Positions 38,757-48,224 are shown, counted from the first letter of the stretch. The stretch is 64,000 nt of DNA from Sphingomonas sp. (GCF_050725575.1 NZ_JBOHHW010000002.1:118235-182234), one strand, 5' to 3'. Translations and numbers: made by a program. The notes: generated by a model from the letters alone, not told the origin.

Positions 38757-41267
38757 ATGAGCCGCGCCGACCACGCCCCGCCCATCACCGCCGTGCTGGG
38801 CCCGACCAATACCGGCAAGACGCACCTCGCGGTCGAGCGGATGTGCGGCCATTCGAGCGGCATGATCGGCTTCCCGCTGCGGCTGCTGGCGCGCGAAGTC
38901 TATGACCGGGTCGTCAAGCTGAAAGGCGCGTCGCGCGTCGCGCTGATCACCGGCGAAGAGAAGATCGTGCCGAAGGACGCGCGCTGGTTCCTGTGCACGG
39001 CGGAGAGCATGCCGCTTAACCGTGATCTCGCCTTTGTCGGGATCGACGAGGCACAGCTCGGAGCGGATTCGGAGCGCGGCCATGTCTTCACGGACCGGCT
39101 GCTGCGCGCTCGCGGCCGCGAGGAGACGATGATCCTCGGCTCCGAAGCCCTTCGTCCCATGCTGAAAGCATTGGTGCCGGAGGCGGATATCCAGAACCGT
39201 CCGCGTTTCTCGACCCTGAGCTATGCCGGGGCGAAGAAAATCTCGCGTTTGCCCAAGCGGTCGGCGATCGTCGCGTTCAGCGCCGAGGAAGTCTATGCCG
39301 TGGCCGAGATGCTGCGGCGGCTGCGCGGCGGCGCGGCGGTGGTGATGGGTGCCTTGTCGCCGCGCACGCGCAATGCGCAGGTCGCGATGTTCCAGGCGGG
39401 CGAGGTCGATTATCTCGTTGCGACCGATGCGATCGGCATGGGCCTGAACATGGACGTCGCGCATGTCGCCTTTGCCAGCCTCAACAAGTTCGACGGGCAT
39501 CGCCAGCGCCGCCTGACCGTCGCCGAGATGGCGCAGATCGCCGGGCGTGCCGGGCGGCACCAGCGCGACGGCACGTTCGGCGCACTGGTCGAGCAAGGCC
39601 CGGGCGCGTTCATGCCGGAGGAAGTGCTGGCGATCGAGGAGCATCGCTTCCCGCGGCTCGACTTCCTCTATTGGCGCGACGGCGAGCCCGATCTGTCGAG
39701 CATCGACGACCTGATCGCCGCGCTGGAGGCGCGGCCCGGCAACCGCGCGCTGCGCGCCGCGCCCGAGGCAGTCGACCTCGCGGTGCTCAAACGCCTGGCG
39801 GGCGAGGACTGGGTGCGCGACCGGGTGCGGTCGCCGGCGATGGTCGCGCGGCTCTGGGCGGCCTGTGGCCTGCCCGATTTCCGCAAGCTCGGCGTCGATC
39901 CGCATGCCCGCTTCGTCGGGCGGGTGTTCGGTCATCTGAGCGAAGGGTCCGGCCATATTCCGCATCAATGGTTCGCGGATGAGATCACCCGGCTCGATAC
40001 CGTCGCGGGCGATGTCGAAACGCTGGCCGGACGGATCGCGGCGGCGCGCAGCTGGGCCTATATCGCCAACCGCCCCGACTGGCTGGCCGACCCCGCGCAT
40101 TGGGCGGGACGGGCAGGGGAGGTCGAGGAACGGCTGTCGGATGCCCTGCATCTCGGCCTGACGCAGCGTTTCGTCGACAAGCGCACCACCATGTTGCTGC
40201 GGCAGATCGGCGCGGACACGCGCGCCTTGCCGGTGGTGATCGGCGAGCAGGGCGAAGTGATGGTCGAGGATCATCCGATCGGCCGGCTCGACGGGTTCCG
40301 CTTCATTGTCGCACCCGATGCGCGGCACGGCGACAAGCGCCTGTTGCTCGCCGCGGCCGAACGCCGGCTCGGCGACGAACGCGCCCGGCGCGGCGCGGCG
40401 CTGGCCGGCGCGGACGATGCGGCACTGTCGCTCGTCGCTGATATCCGCAGCAAGCCGCTGCTCACCTGGAACGGGCTGACGGTTGCGGCGCTGGTGGCGG
40501 GGCCGTCGCTCGTCCGGCCGCGCGTAAAGCTCGACCCCGCGCTCGACTGCCTCGATTCGGCGATGCGTACGAAGATCGCGACGCGGCTCGATCGCTGGAT
40601 CGCCGATCAGACCCGATCGCGATTGCCCGCGCTGGTTCAGCTGGACGCGGCCGCACGCGACGCGGCCGCCAGCCCGGCGCTGCGCGCCGTTTCCGCCGCC
40701 CTGGTCGATCGCGCCGGCCTTGCCGCGCGCATCGACCTGCAGGTGGCGGTCGATGGCCTCGACCCGGCGGCGCGCAAGCGATTGCGGGCGATCGGCATCA
40801 CGATCGGTGCGCTCGACCTGTTCGATCCGCGCCTGCTGAAGCCCGCCGCCGCGCTATGGCGGCGCGCATTGCTTGCCGCGCGCACCGGCACAGTGATTGC
40901 CGAGGGACCGCCCGACGCCGCGACGGTGCTGGCGCGCGGCACGCCCGGCGCGACGCTTGAGTCCGGGTATCGCCAGATTGCCACCCAGGCGGTGCGCATC
41001 GATCTGGTCGAGCGCATCGCCCGCGCGGCCCATGATGCGCGGGCAGGGCGCCGTCCCTTCACGCCCGATCCCGCCCTTGCCACCTCGATCGGCGTTGCGC
41101 CCGCGACACTCGAACGGCTGATGGCCGGGCTGGGCTTTCGCGCCGCACCGCCCGAAAACGACCGGCCGCGCTGGATCTGGCGCGGTCAGACTCGCGCCAA
41201 GGTCGTACCGCCACCGCGCGACAATGCCTTCTCGGCGCTCGCCGATCTCGCCCTGTTTCGTGGATAG
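38757..41267 (+). CDS. Suv3-like superfamily-2 helicase
   Basis: Start set at MSRADHAPPITAVLGPTNTGKTH (Walker A). IDEAQ box, ATDAIGMGLN, and a long C-terminal extension. Confidence 0.85.
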   Translation: MSRADHAPPITAVLGPTNTGKTHLAVERMCGHSSGMIGFPLRLLAREVYDRVVKLKGASRVALITGEEKIVPKDARWFLCTAESMPLNRDLAFVGIDEAQLGADSERGHVFTDRLLRARGREETMILGSEALRPMLKALVPEADIQNRPRFSTLSYAGAKKISRLPKRSAIVAFSAEEVYAVAEMLRRLRGGAAVVMGALSPRTRNAQVAMFQAGEVDYLVATDAIGMGLNMDVAHVAFASLNKFDGHRQRRLTVAEMAQIAGRAGRHQRDGTFGALVEQGPGAFMPEEVLAIEEHRFPRLDFLYWRDGEPDLSSIDDLIAALEARPGNRALRAAPEAVDLAVLKRLAGEDWVRDRVRSPAMVARLWAACGLPDFRKLGVDPHARFVGRVFGHLSEGSGHIPHQWFADEITRLDTVAGDVETLAGRIAAARSWAYIANRPDWLADPAHWAGRAGEVEERLSDALHLGLTQRFVDKRTTMLLRQIGADTRALPVVIGEQGEVMVEDHPIGRLDGFRFIVAPDARHGDKRLLLAAAERRLGDERARRGAALAGADDAALSLVADIRSKPLLTWNGLTVAALVAGPSLVRPRVKLDPALDCLDSAMRTKIATRLDRWIADQTRSRLPALVQLDAAARDAAASPALRAVSAALVDRAGLAARIDLQVAVDGLDPAARKRLRAIGITIGALDLFDPRLLKPAAALWRRALLAARTGTVIAEGPPDAATVLARGTPGATLESGYRQIATQAVRIDLVERIARAAHDARAGRRPFTPDPALATSIGVAPATLERLMAGLGFRAAPPENDRPRWIWRGQTRAKVVPPPRDNAFSALADLALFRG

Positions 41268-41289
41268 GTTTCGTGGATAGGTTTCGTGG
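41255..41289 (+). repeat. 13-bp tandem repeat GTTTCGTGGATAG x2.7 spanning the helicase stop codon
   Basis: Copies at 41255-41267 (contains TAG 41265-41267) and 41268-41280, plus a partial copy at 41281-41289. Confidence 0.85.
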
Positions 41290-41316
41290 CTGATTGTCAT
41301 GCCTGACGGCGCAGCG

Positions 41317-41589
41317 ATGCGTCTCGATCGCTTCTTGTGGTTCGCGCGGCTGGCCAAGACCCGCAGCGCCGCCCAGGCGATCGCTGCCAGCAGCCGGCTG
41401 CGTATCGATGGAAGGCCGATCGACCGGGCGCATGTCCCGGTCAGGATCGGCAATGTGCTGACCTTTCTCGGTCCTGGCGGCGTGCGGGTGATCCGGGTCG
41501 AAGCATTGCCACCCAGAAGAGGGCCAGCCCCTGAAGCCCGTTCCTGCTATACCGAGCTCACAGAGAGCTCCTTCGAAAATGCGCGATAG
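41317..41589 (+). CDS. S4-domain RNA-binding protein (Hsp15-like)
   Basis: MRLDRFLWFARLAKTRSAAQ...IDGRP S4 motif. An alternative start lies at 41299. Confidence 0.8.
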   Translation: MRLDRFLWFARLAKTRSAAQAIAASSRLRIDGRPIDRAHVPVRIGNVLTFLGPGGVRVIRVEALPPRRGPAPEARSCYTELTESSFENAR

Positions 41590-41608
41590 AGCGCATTTTA
41601 TCGGTGCC
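41576..41608 (+). terminator. conserved terminator-like hairpin, copy 1
   Basis: AAAATGCGC-gataga-GCGCATTTT then aTCGGTGCC. The S4 gene stop codon sits in the loop. It has the same architecture as 47108-47139. Confidence 0.55.
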
Positions 41609-41720
41609 AGCGGAATCTGAGAACGTCTCGCAGCAAGCCGCATCCGATTGACGGGGACGGAAGCGGCGCATAGCAGAAGCGGGTTATCTGCCCTTTTCGG
41701 GGCCTATTCGGGATACCGCC

Positions 41721-42062
41721 ATGACCTACGTCGTCACCGACGCCTGCATCAAGTGCAAGTATATGGACTGCGTCGAGGTCTGCCCCGTCGACTGTTTCTA
41801 CGAAGGCGAGAATATGCTCGTCATCAATCCAAGCGAATGCATCGATTGCGGCGTGTGCGAGCCCGAATGCCCGGCCGAGGCGATCCTGCCCGACACCGAA
41901 TCCGGTCTCGAGCAGTGGATGGAACTCAACAACACCTTCTCCGCGCAATGGCCCAATGTCACGCGCAAGTCGGATCAGACTCCGGCGGACGCCGATGAGC
42001 ACAAGGGCGAAGAGGGCAAGTTCGACAAATACTTCTCGGCCGAGCCCGGCACGGGGGACTGA
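41721..42062 (+). CDS. fdxA: 7Fe ferredoxin
   Basis: [26 protein letters not shown]...[12 protein letters not shown]. Confidence 0.93.
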   Translation: MTYVVTDACIKCKYMDCVEVCPVDCFYEGENMLVINPSECIDCGVCEPECPAEAILPDTESGLEQWMELNNTFSAQWPNVTRKSDQTPADADEHKGEEGKFDKYFSAEPGTGD

Positions 42063-42115
42063 TCGAGGTCCGATGCTGCCCGATCTGGGTCGGTTTCAGC
42101 GTTAATTGCCTGTGT

Positions 42116-42143
42116 CCAGCCATGTTTGGCTGGTAATTTTATT
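42116..42143 (+). terminator. intrinsic terminator after fdxA
   Basis: CCAGCCA-tgtt-TGGCTGG followed by taattttatt. Confidence 0.65.
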
Positions 42144-42294
42144 ACGACTGTGTTAAATAGCCGGAGACGGAAGGCACGGTTGCGCGTTCTTCCGATCTGG
42201 AGACGTACTGAAATCAACACTCCCCATCGCGCGACCCGGCACTGTTGCCGTCGCGCTTCTCCGGGGGCATCGGTCCACAGAAAGGCTCAACGGA

Positions 42295-42828
42295 ATGGCT
42301 GCCAAGGCGCTGTCCTTCGACGTCGGCGATTATGTCGTTTACCCCAAGCACGGCGTTGGCCGTGTCATCGAGCTGCAGCGGCAGGAAATCGCCGGCATGC
42401 AACTCGAACTCTATGTGCTGCGCTTCGAAAAAGAGCGCATGACGCTCCGCGTGCCCACCAACAAGGCCGAGTCGGTCGGGATGCGCAAGCTTTCCTCGGA
42501 TAAGACGCTGCGTGAGGCGCTCGATACGCTGACCGGCAAGCCGCGCGTCAAGCGCACCATGTGGTCGCGTCGCGCGCAGGAATATGAAGCGAAGATCAAT
42601 TCGGGCGACCTGGTGTCGATCGCCGAAGTGGTCCGCGACCTGTTCCGTGCCGACGATCAGCCCGAGCAGAGCTATTCGGAGCGTCAGATCTTCGAAGGCG
42701 CGACCAGCCGCCTCGCCCGCGAACTCGCGGCGATGGAGCAGGTCGATGAGCCGACCGCACAGGAAAAGATCCTGGAGATTCTGCGCAAGGCCGCAGCGAT
42801 CCACAACAAGGACAAGGTTCCCGCCTGA
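42295..42828 (+). CDS. carD: CarD family transcriptional regulator
   Basis: 177 aa. FDVGDYVVYPKHGVGRVIELQ (the RNAP-interacting Tudor-like domain). Confidence 0.92.
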   Translation: MAAKALSFDVGDYVVYPKHGVGRVIELQRQEIAGMQLELYVLRFEKERMTLRVPTNKAESVGMRKLSSDKTLREALDTLTGKPRVKRTMWSRRAQEYEAKINSGDLVSIAEVVRDLFRADDQPEQSYSERQIFEGATSRLARELAAMEQVDEPTAQEKILEILRKAAAIHNKDKVPA

Positions 42829-42854
42829 TCGGGGCCTGACCTGACGAACGAAGA

Positions 42855-42881
42855 GGGCGGCCAGCAATGGCCGCCCTTTTT
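42855..42881 (+). terminator. intrinsic terminator after carD
   Basis: GGGCGGCC-agcaat-GGCCGCCC followed by TTTTT. Confidence 0.8.
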
Positions 42882-42938
42882 GCTTGCACCTCCGCTATTA
42901 AGTGTGTTATCCAACCAATACACAGTGGAGAGAGTTTC

Positions 42939-43670
42939 ATGCGCCTGTTCGCCACCATCGCCGTCCTTCCGCTCGCCGCCTGCTCCTTCGGTTCGGATTC
43001 TGCCGATGCGAAACAGGGCCTTCCCGGGTCAGGCAGCGGCACGACGCGAAGCTTTGCCGCCACCGATTTCGACCAGGTCGACCTGCGCGGATCGGACGAT
43101 ATCGATGTCCGGGTCGGCACCGGCTTCTCGGTTCGCGCCGAAGGCCCGTCCAAGGAACTCGACAAGCTCAAGATCGAGAAGATCGGCAACACGCTTAAAG
43201 TCGGCCGGATCAACAATTCCGGCTTCAACTGGGACAGCGATCAGAAGGGCGTGAAGATCTTCGTGACCATGCCGCGCATCGCCGGGGCGGGAATTGCTGG
43301 ATCGGGCAATATGACGATCGATCGCATCGACGGGCAAAGCTTTGCCGGTGAAACCGCCGGATCGGGCAATCTGACGATCGCCGCACTGAATGTGCAGACC
43401 GGCAAATTCTCGATCGCGGGTTCGGGGGATATGAATGTCGCGGGCGCAGCGAAACAATTGTCGATGAAGATCGCCGGATCAGGCGATATCGATGCCGGCG
43501 GCGTCAAGGCGGAGGACGCGAGCGTCTCGATCGCCGGATCGGGCAGCGCCACCGCCGACGTGACCGGCCCGGCCGATGTCTCCGTCATCGGATCCGGCGA
43601 TGTCGATCTTGGCAAGGGCGCGAAATGCACGACGTCGAAGATAGGGTCGGGCGAAGTCCATTGCGGCTGA
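42939..43670 (+). CDS. DUF2807 (GIN-domain) lipoprotein
   Basis: Start at MRLFATIAVLPLAAC (lipobox). Seven (I/V)xGSG(D/N/S) beta-helix-type repeats. Confidence 0.75.
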   Translation: MRLFATIAVLPLAACSFGSDSADAKQGLPGSGSGTTRSFAATDFDQVDLRGSDDIDVRVGTGFSVRAEGPSKELDKLKIEKIGNTLKVGRINNSGFNWDSDQKGVKIFVTMPRIAGAGIAGSGNMTIDRIDGQSFAGETAGSGNLTIAALNVQTGKFSIAGSGDMNVAGAAKQLSMKIAGSGDIDAGGVKAEDASVSIAGSGSATADVTGPADVSVIGSGDVDLGKGAKCTTSKIGSGEVHCG

Positions 43671-43718
43671 TCGCCTGACAGGCTTGGCACTATGGCGGAT
43701 CAGTGCGATGCAGGTCGC

Positions 43719-44420
43719 ATGATCCGTCATCTGATCGCCGCCAGCCTGTTATTCCTTCCTGCCAGCGCGGACGCTGCCGACCGGACCTATGCCATCGGCA
43801 GTTTCGACCGTATCCGCATCGACGGCCCGTTCGATGTCCGGCTTGACACCGGCAAGGCACCCGGCGCGCGGGCCGATGCAGACCCCCGTACGCTCGATCG
43901 GCTCGCCATCCGCGTCGAAGGCGGCACCCTGATCATTCGCATGGGCAATGACGGCTGGGGCGAGACGCCGACCACCGCCGGCAAGGCGCCGGTTATCACC
44001 CTGTCCACGCCGACGCTGCGTTCGGTCAACGTCAATGCCGGCGCGCGGCTGACCGTCGGCGGGATGGCCGGGCAGCGGATCGATCTCGCCATCAATGGAT
44101 CGGGCGTGCTGACCGTCAACGGGATCGCCGCCGATCAGCTCAATGCCACGGTGATCGGCAGCGGGTCGGTCACGCTGAGCGGCCGTGCGGCGAAAACCAG
44201 GTTGATGACCAATGGCCCCGGCACGATCGATGCCGGCGCACTCGATGCCAGCGACCTGATCGTGCGGCTCGACGGCACCGGCGAAACACGCGCCGCGGCG
44301 CGTTATACCGCGGCGGTGACCACCACCGGCCTGGGTCGCGTCACTGTCAGCGGCGAACCGGCCTGTGTGGTCAAGGCGATGGCCGGCGGGCCAGTGACGT
44401 GCGGCAAACCAAAGCCTTAG
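43719..44420 (+). CDS. DUF2807 (GIN-domain) exported protein, tandem paralogue
   Basis: Signal peptide MIRHLIAASLLFLPASADA. The FDRIRIDGPFDV / INGSG / VIGSG repeats match the upstream gene. Confidence 0.75.
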   Translation: MIRHLIAASLLFLPASADAADRTYAIGSFDRIRIDGPFDVRLDTGKAPGARADADPRTLDRLAIRVEGGTLIIRMGNDGWGETPTTAGKAPVITLSTPTLRSVNVNAGARLTVGGMAGQRIDLAINGSGVLTVNGIAADQLNATVIGSGSVTLSGRAAKTRLMTNGPGTIDAGALDASDLIVRLDGTGETRAAARYTAAVTTTGLGRVTVSGEPACVVKAMAGGPVTCGKPKP

Positions 44421-44451
44421 CGTGCCTCGCCTCGGGCAGAACCACTTTCCC

Positions 44452-44540
44452 CCGTTCGTGCTGAGCTTGTCGAAGCACCGTCCTTCTTCTCTGGCGTTGG
44501 AAAGAGAAGAGCGGCCCTTCGACAAGCTCAGGGCGAACGG
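44452..44540. repeat. palindromic REP/MITE-like element
   Basis: Arms CCGTTCGTGCTGAGCTTGTCGAAG (44452-44475) and CTTCGACAAGCTCAGGGCGAACGG (44517-44540) match 22/24 as an inverted repeat. An inner stem TCTTCTCT/AGAGAAGA is present. A related arm occurs at about 27335-27365. Confidence 0.7.
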
Positions 44541-44587
44541 AAGAGAGTGAATCAACTCAGCCCGAAATCTCTTCGACGTCCCGCCGC

Positions 44588-44992
44588 TCAGATGAGCCCC
44601 AGGCCCGACAATTTGCCCATCAATGCAGCGGGCATGACGTCGCCGGCCACTTCATCCACACCGAGATCGACCGGCGCATCGGCATCCTCCAGATAGCGCC
44701 AGCCCTGATGCGCACGTTTGGGCCGCGCATGAGTGAGGATCAGGTGCGGATCGATATGGATGGCGATCCGGCCACCCTCCGCTTCGCCAAACTGCAGGAT
44801 CGGCGAGCGCGCGATGAGCTGATGCTTGATGATCCAGAACAGCGACCCCTGGCCGGCGATCTCCTCATGCCGTTTGGGCAAATAGCGCGTGGTGAGAAAG
44901 ACCGGCCCGGCCTCGGCGCGCACCAGTAGGCGCTCGGCAAGGTTTTCGATACCGGTGGCGCCAAACGCGACCTTGGTGAGATGAAGCGGCAT
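44588..44992 (-). CDS. DUF1489 family protein
   Basis: 134 aa. MPLHLTKVAFGATGIENL... is a typical DUF1489 N-terminus. Confidence 0.75.
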   Translation of the reverse strand: MPLHLTKVAFGATGIENLAERLLVRAEAGPVFLTTRYLPKRHEEIAGQGSLFWIIKHQLIARSPILQFGEAEGGRIAIHIDPHLILTHARPKRAHQGWRYLEDADAPVDLGVDEVAGDVMPAALMGKLSGLGLI

Positions 44993-45016
44993 GGTCTGGA
45001 AATGGGCGCGAAGCGG

Positions 45017-46423
45017 CTAGCCGCCAAGCCCCCAGAGCGAGGCGAGGCCGAGGAAACAGAAGAATCCCATCACATCGGTCATCATCGTCACGAACACCGC
45101 CGACGATACCGCGGGATCGACTCCGGCGCGTTCGAGGCTGACGGGAATCAGCACGCCGGACAGGCCGGCCACGAGATTGTTCATGACCATCGCCATGGCG
45201 ATGACGATTGCCAGGTCGGGATTGCCGAAGATCAGCCAGGTGCCCATGCCGATCAATATGCCGAGCATCGCGCCATTGGCGGCGGCGATGCGGAATTCGC
45301 GCAGGATCATCCGTGCGGTGTTCGAACTGGTCAGCTGATTGGTGGCCAGCGCGCGCACCACCACGGCCAGGGTCTGGGTGCCGGCATTGCCGCCCATGCC
45401 CGAGACGATCGGCATCAATACCGCGAGCAGCGCGAACTTGGCGATCTCGCCCTGGAACAGGCCAACCACGGATGCCGCGAGCATCGCCGTGCCGAGATTG
45501 ACCACCAGCCAGGTGATGCGGGTGCGCACGGTCAGCGCGATCGGCTCGTTGATGTCGCCTTCGCCCGCGCCGGACAGGCGGAGGATATCCTCGCCGGCTT
45601 CTTCGGAAATGATGTGGACGATATCGTCGACGGTGATCATGCCGACCAGCCGCCCGCCCGCATCGATCACGGCGGCCGAAATGAGCGCGTATTTCTGGAA
45701 GCGCAGCGCGACTTCTTCCTGGTCCATATCGACTGGCACCAGCGTTTGTTCGCGCTTCATCACATCGCCGATCGATACCGTGCGCGGCGTGCGCAATATC
45801 CATGACAGCTGACAGGTTCCGACCGGCTTGTGGCCCGGATCGACAACGAAGATTTCCCAGAAATCGGTGGTCAGTTCCTCATGACCGCGCAGATAATCGA
45901 TCGCGTCGCCGACCGTCCAATGTTCGGGCACCGCGATCAGCTCGCGCTGCATCAATCGGCCGGCCGATTCCTCCGGATAGGACAGCGCCTCCTCGATCGC
46001 GGCGCGATCGTCGGGATCAAGCGCGCGCAGCACGGCGCGCTGGTCGTCCTCCTCCATATCCTCGATGATCGCGACGGCGTCGTCGGTATCGAGTTCGGAG
46101 GCGATATCGGCGACCTGCGTCGCACTGAGCGAATCGATCAGATCCTCACGGACATAATCGTTCATCTCGGCGAACACATCGCCGTCGAGCAGGTCAGTGA
46201 TCGCCTTGGCCAGATCGCTGCGGCGTTCGTTCGGGGTCAGCTCGAACAGATCGGCGATGTCGGCTGGATGGAGCGGCTCGACCAGCGATCGTGCGGCTTC
46301 GTCATCGCCCGCTTCGACCGCGTCGAGCACCGCACGCACGAATTCGGGTTTGAGCCGGTCGTCCTCGTCGAGCTGGCCGGTTTCGACCTCGTCTGCGGCG
46401 GATGTCAGGTCGGTCTCGTTCAT
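45017..46423 (-). CDS. mgtE: magnesium transporter MgtE
   Basis: 468 aa. N domain, tandem CBS domains, and a C-terminal 5-TM domain (MPIVSGMGGNAGTQ). Confidence 0.93.
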   Translation of the reverse strand: MNETDLTSAADEVETGQLDEDDRLKPEFVRAVLDAVEAGDDEAARSLVEPLHPADIADLFELTPNERRSDLAKAITDLLDGDVFAEMNDYVREDLIDSLSATQVADIASELDTDDAVAIIEDMEEDDQRAVLRALDPDDRAAIEEALSYPEESAGRLMQRELIAVPEHWTVGDAIDYLRGHEELTTDFWEIFVVDPGHKPVGTCQLSWILRTPRTVSIGDVMKREQTLVPVDMDQEEVALRFQKYALISAAVIDAGGRLVGMITVDDIVHIISEEAGEDILRLSGAGEGDINEPIALTVRTRITWLVVNLGTAMLAASVVGLFQGEIAKFALLAVLMPIVSGMGGNAGTQTLAVVVRALATNQLTSSNTARMILREFRIAAANGAMLGILIGMGTWLIFGNPDLAIVIAMAMVMNNLVAGLSGVLIPVSLERAGVDPAVSSAVFVTMMTDVMGFFCFLGLASLWGLGG

Positions 46424-46620
46424 GCTGGACCTCCCCTTTCCAAAAAATGGCCTGGCGCAAACGGCGCACCCGGTATCATTGCCGTCTAACGCCGCCTTGC
46501 CCTAATGCCAATCCGGGCTGATCGCCCGCACCGGCCCGGATCGCGCCACCATAACAGCGCTTATTTGCCAGCCGTGCCCCAGATCGCTAGGGCGCGGCTT
46601 TCCCCTTTCAGGAGCCCCTC

Positions 46621-47076
46621 ATGGCCGATACCCCCGAAACCCTGACGCTGACGCTCGACAGCGGCACCGTGACGATCAAGCTTCGCCCCGACCTCGCACC
46701 GCAGCATGTGGCGCGTATCGTCGAACTCGCCAATGACGGCTTTTACGACGGCGTCGTGTTCCACCGCGTGATCCCCGGCTTCATGGCGCAGGGCGGCGAT
46801 CCCACCGGCACCGGCATGCACGGGTCGGACAAGCCGAACCTGCCGGCCGAATTCTCCAAGGAGCCGCATGTTCGCGGCACCTGCTCGATGGCGCGTGCGC
46901 AGAGCCCCAATTCGGCCAACAGCCAGTTCTTCATCTGCTTCGACGACGCTCGCTTCCTGGACGGCCAGTACACCGTATGGGGCGAAGTGACCCAGGGCAT
47001 GGAGCATGTCGACGCGCTGCCCAAGGGCGAGCCGCCGCGCGAGCCGGGCAAGATCGTGTCGATGCGCGCCGAATAA
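46621..47076 (+). CDS. cyclophilin-type peptidyl-prolyl cis-trans isomerase
   Basis: 151 aa. FHRVIPGFMAQGGDP...NSANSQFFI. Confidence 0.93.
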   Translation: MADTPETLTLTLDSGTVTIKLRPDLAPQHVARIVELANDGFYDGVVFHRVIPGFMAQGGDPTGTGMHGSDKPNLPAEFSKEPHVRGTCSMARAQSPNSANSQFFICFDDARFLDGQYTVWGEVTQGMEHVDALPKGEPPREPGKIVSMRAE

Positions 47077-47107
47077 TCACCCGACCTGTGAGCGGGCCGG
47101 CCGTTTG

Positions 47108-47139
47108 AAAATGCGCTGAGGGCGCATTTTGGCGGTGCC
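47108..47139. terminator. conserved terminator-like hairpin, copy 2 (bidirectional geometry)
   Basis: AAAATGCGC-tgagg-GCGCATTTT then ggCGGTGCC. An A-tract lies 5' and a T-tract 3', between the convergent PPIase and LysR genes. Confidence 0.6.
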
Positions 47140-47153
47140 GGTCCGTTCACGGC

Positions 47154-48038
47154 TCACTTCTCGGCGACGGCCTCGATCAGCCAGTCGTGGAACAGCTTGA
47201 CCGGACGCAGCGCGAGCGCGCGTGGACGGCACACGAACCAATAGCTGTATGGACTCTCGACCTCGATATCGAACAGCCTGACCAGCCGCTCGTCATGCGC
47301 GTCCTCGAAATGGCTTTCGTGCATGAAGGCGATGCCGAGCCCCTGCGCCGCCGCCTCGAGCATCAACGGCCCGGAATCGAAATGGTCGATCGCCAGCGGT
47401 TCGAGGTCGCCAAGCCCCGCCGCCTGCCGCCATGCGCTGAACGTATCGGGCATGTCGCGGTGGACCAGCGCGGTCAGCGATTTGAGCTGCGCCGGATCGG
47501 TCACCGGAGTGTCGCCCTCGATCAGGGCACGCGCGCCGATCACATAGACTGAATTGCGATCGAGCCGCTTGGCATAGAGGCCGGGGTCGATATCGCGGGC
47601 CAGCGCGATCACCGCATCGAGCCCGTCGCCCAGGCGCAGCACGCCGTGCCCGGCGGTGTCGATATCGAGATGCAGTTCGGGATGTTTCGCGCGCAAATCG
47701 CCAAGTTTCGGAAACAGCCGCTGCGAGGCGAACAAGGGCAGGATGCCGAGCCGCAACCGCAACACGTCGCTGCCGCTCATCATCGCCTCGACCGCGTCCG
47801 ACAGGCTGTCGATCGCCGGTGCGATCTGCGCCAGCAGTCTTTCGCCATCGGCATTGAGCACCACCGCCTGGTGGCGGCGGTCGAACAAGGGCTTGTCGAT
47901 GAACCGTTCGAGCGCCTGCACACGCCGGCTGAGCGCGGGTGGTGAGAGCGCCAGTTCGGCCGAAGCGGCCTTGATCGATCCCAGCCGCGCCACCTGAACA
48001 AAGGCCTCGATCGCGGTCAGGGGTGGCAATCTACGCAT
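47154..48038 (-). CDS. LysR family transcriptional regulator
   Basis: Start set at MRRLPPLTAIEAFVQVARLGSIKAASAELALSPPALSRRVQALE (wHTH). The ORF-track N-terminal extension is unlikely to be real. Confidence 0.88.
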   Translation of the reverse strand: MRRLPPLTAIEAFVQVARLGSIKAASAELALSPPALSRRVQALERFIDKPLFDRRHQAVVLNADGERLLAQIAPAIDSLSDAVEAMMSGSDVLRLRLGILPLFASQRLFPKLGDLRAKHPELHLDIDTAGHGVLRLGDGLDAVIALARDIDPGLYAKRLDRNSVYVIGARALIEGDTPVTDPAQLKSLTALVHRDMPDTFSAWRQAAGLGDLEPLAIDHFDSGPLMLEAAAQGLGIAFMHESHFEDAHDERLVRLFDIEVESPYSYWFVCRPRALALRPVKLFHDWLIEAVAEK

Positions 48039-48224
48039 GAAAATTCTGCTCGATTGTGCGTTGCACCATATACCCCATACTCGAAACCTAACATCCTCCC
48101 TCGTAGTTTGGCTAGCAGTAGTTGCATGAAACGCATCTATCACTGCTCTTTTCGCACTTGCACAATAAACTGTGCCCGTGCACAAAGACGGTGCCTTTCA
48201 GGCATCCTCTCCTAAAACTTTCAA

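Noticed and set aside
46424-46620. M-box magnesium riboswitch upstream of mgtE
   Set aside because: I saw no M-box-like conserved helices or terminator. The region is a short divergent promoter shared with the PPIase gene.
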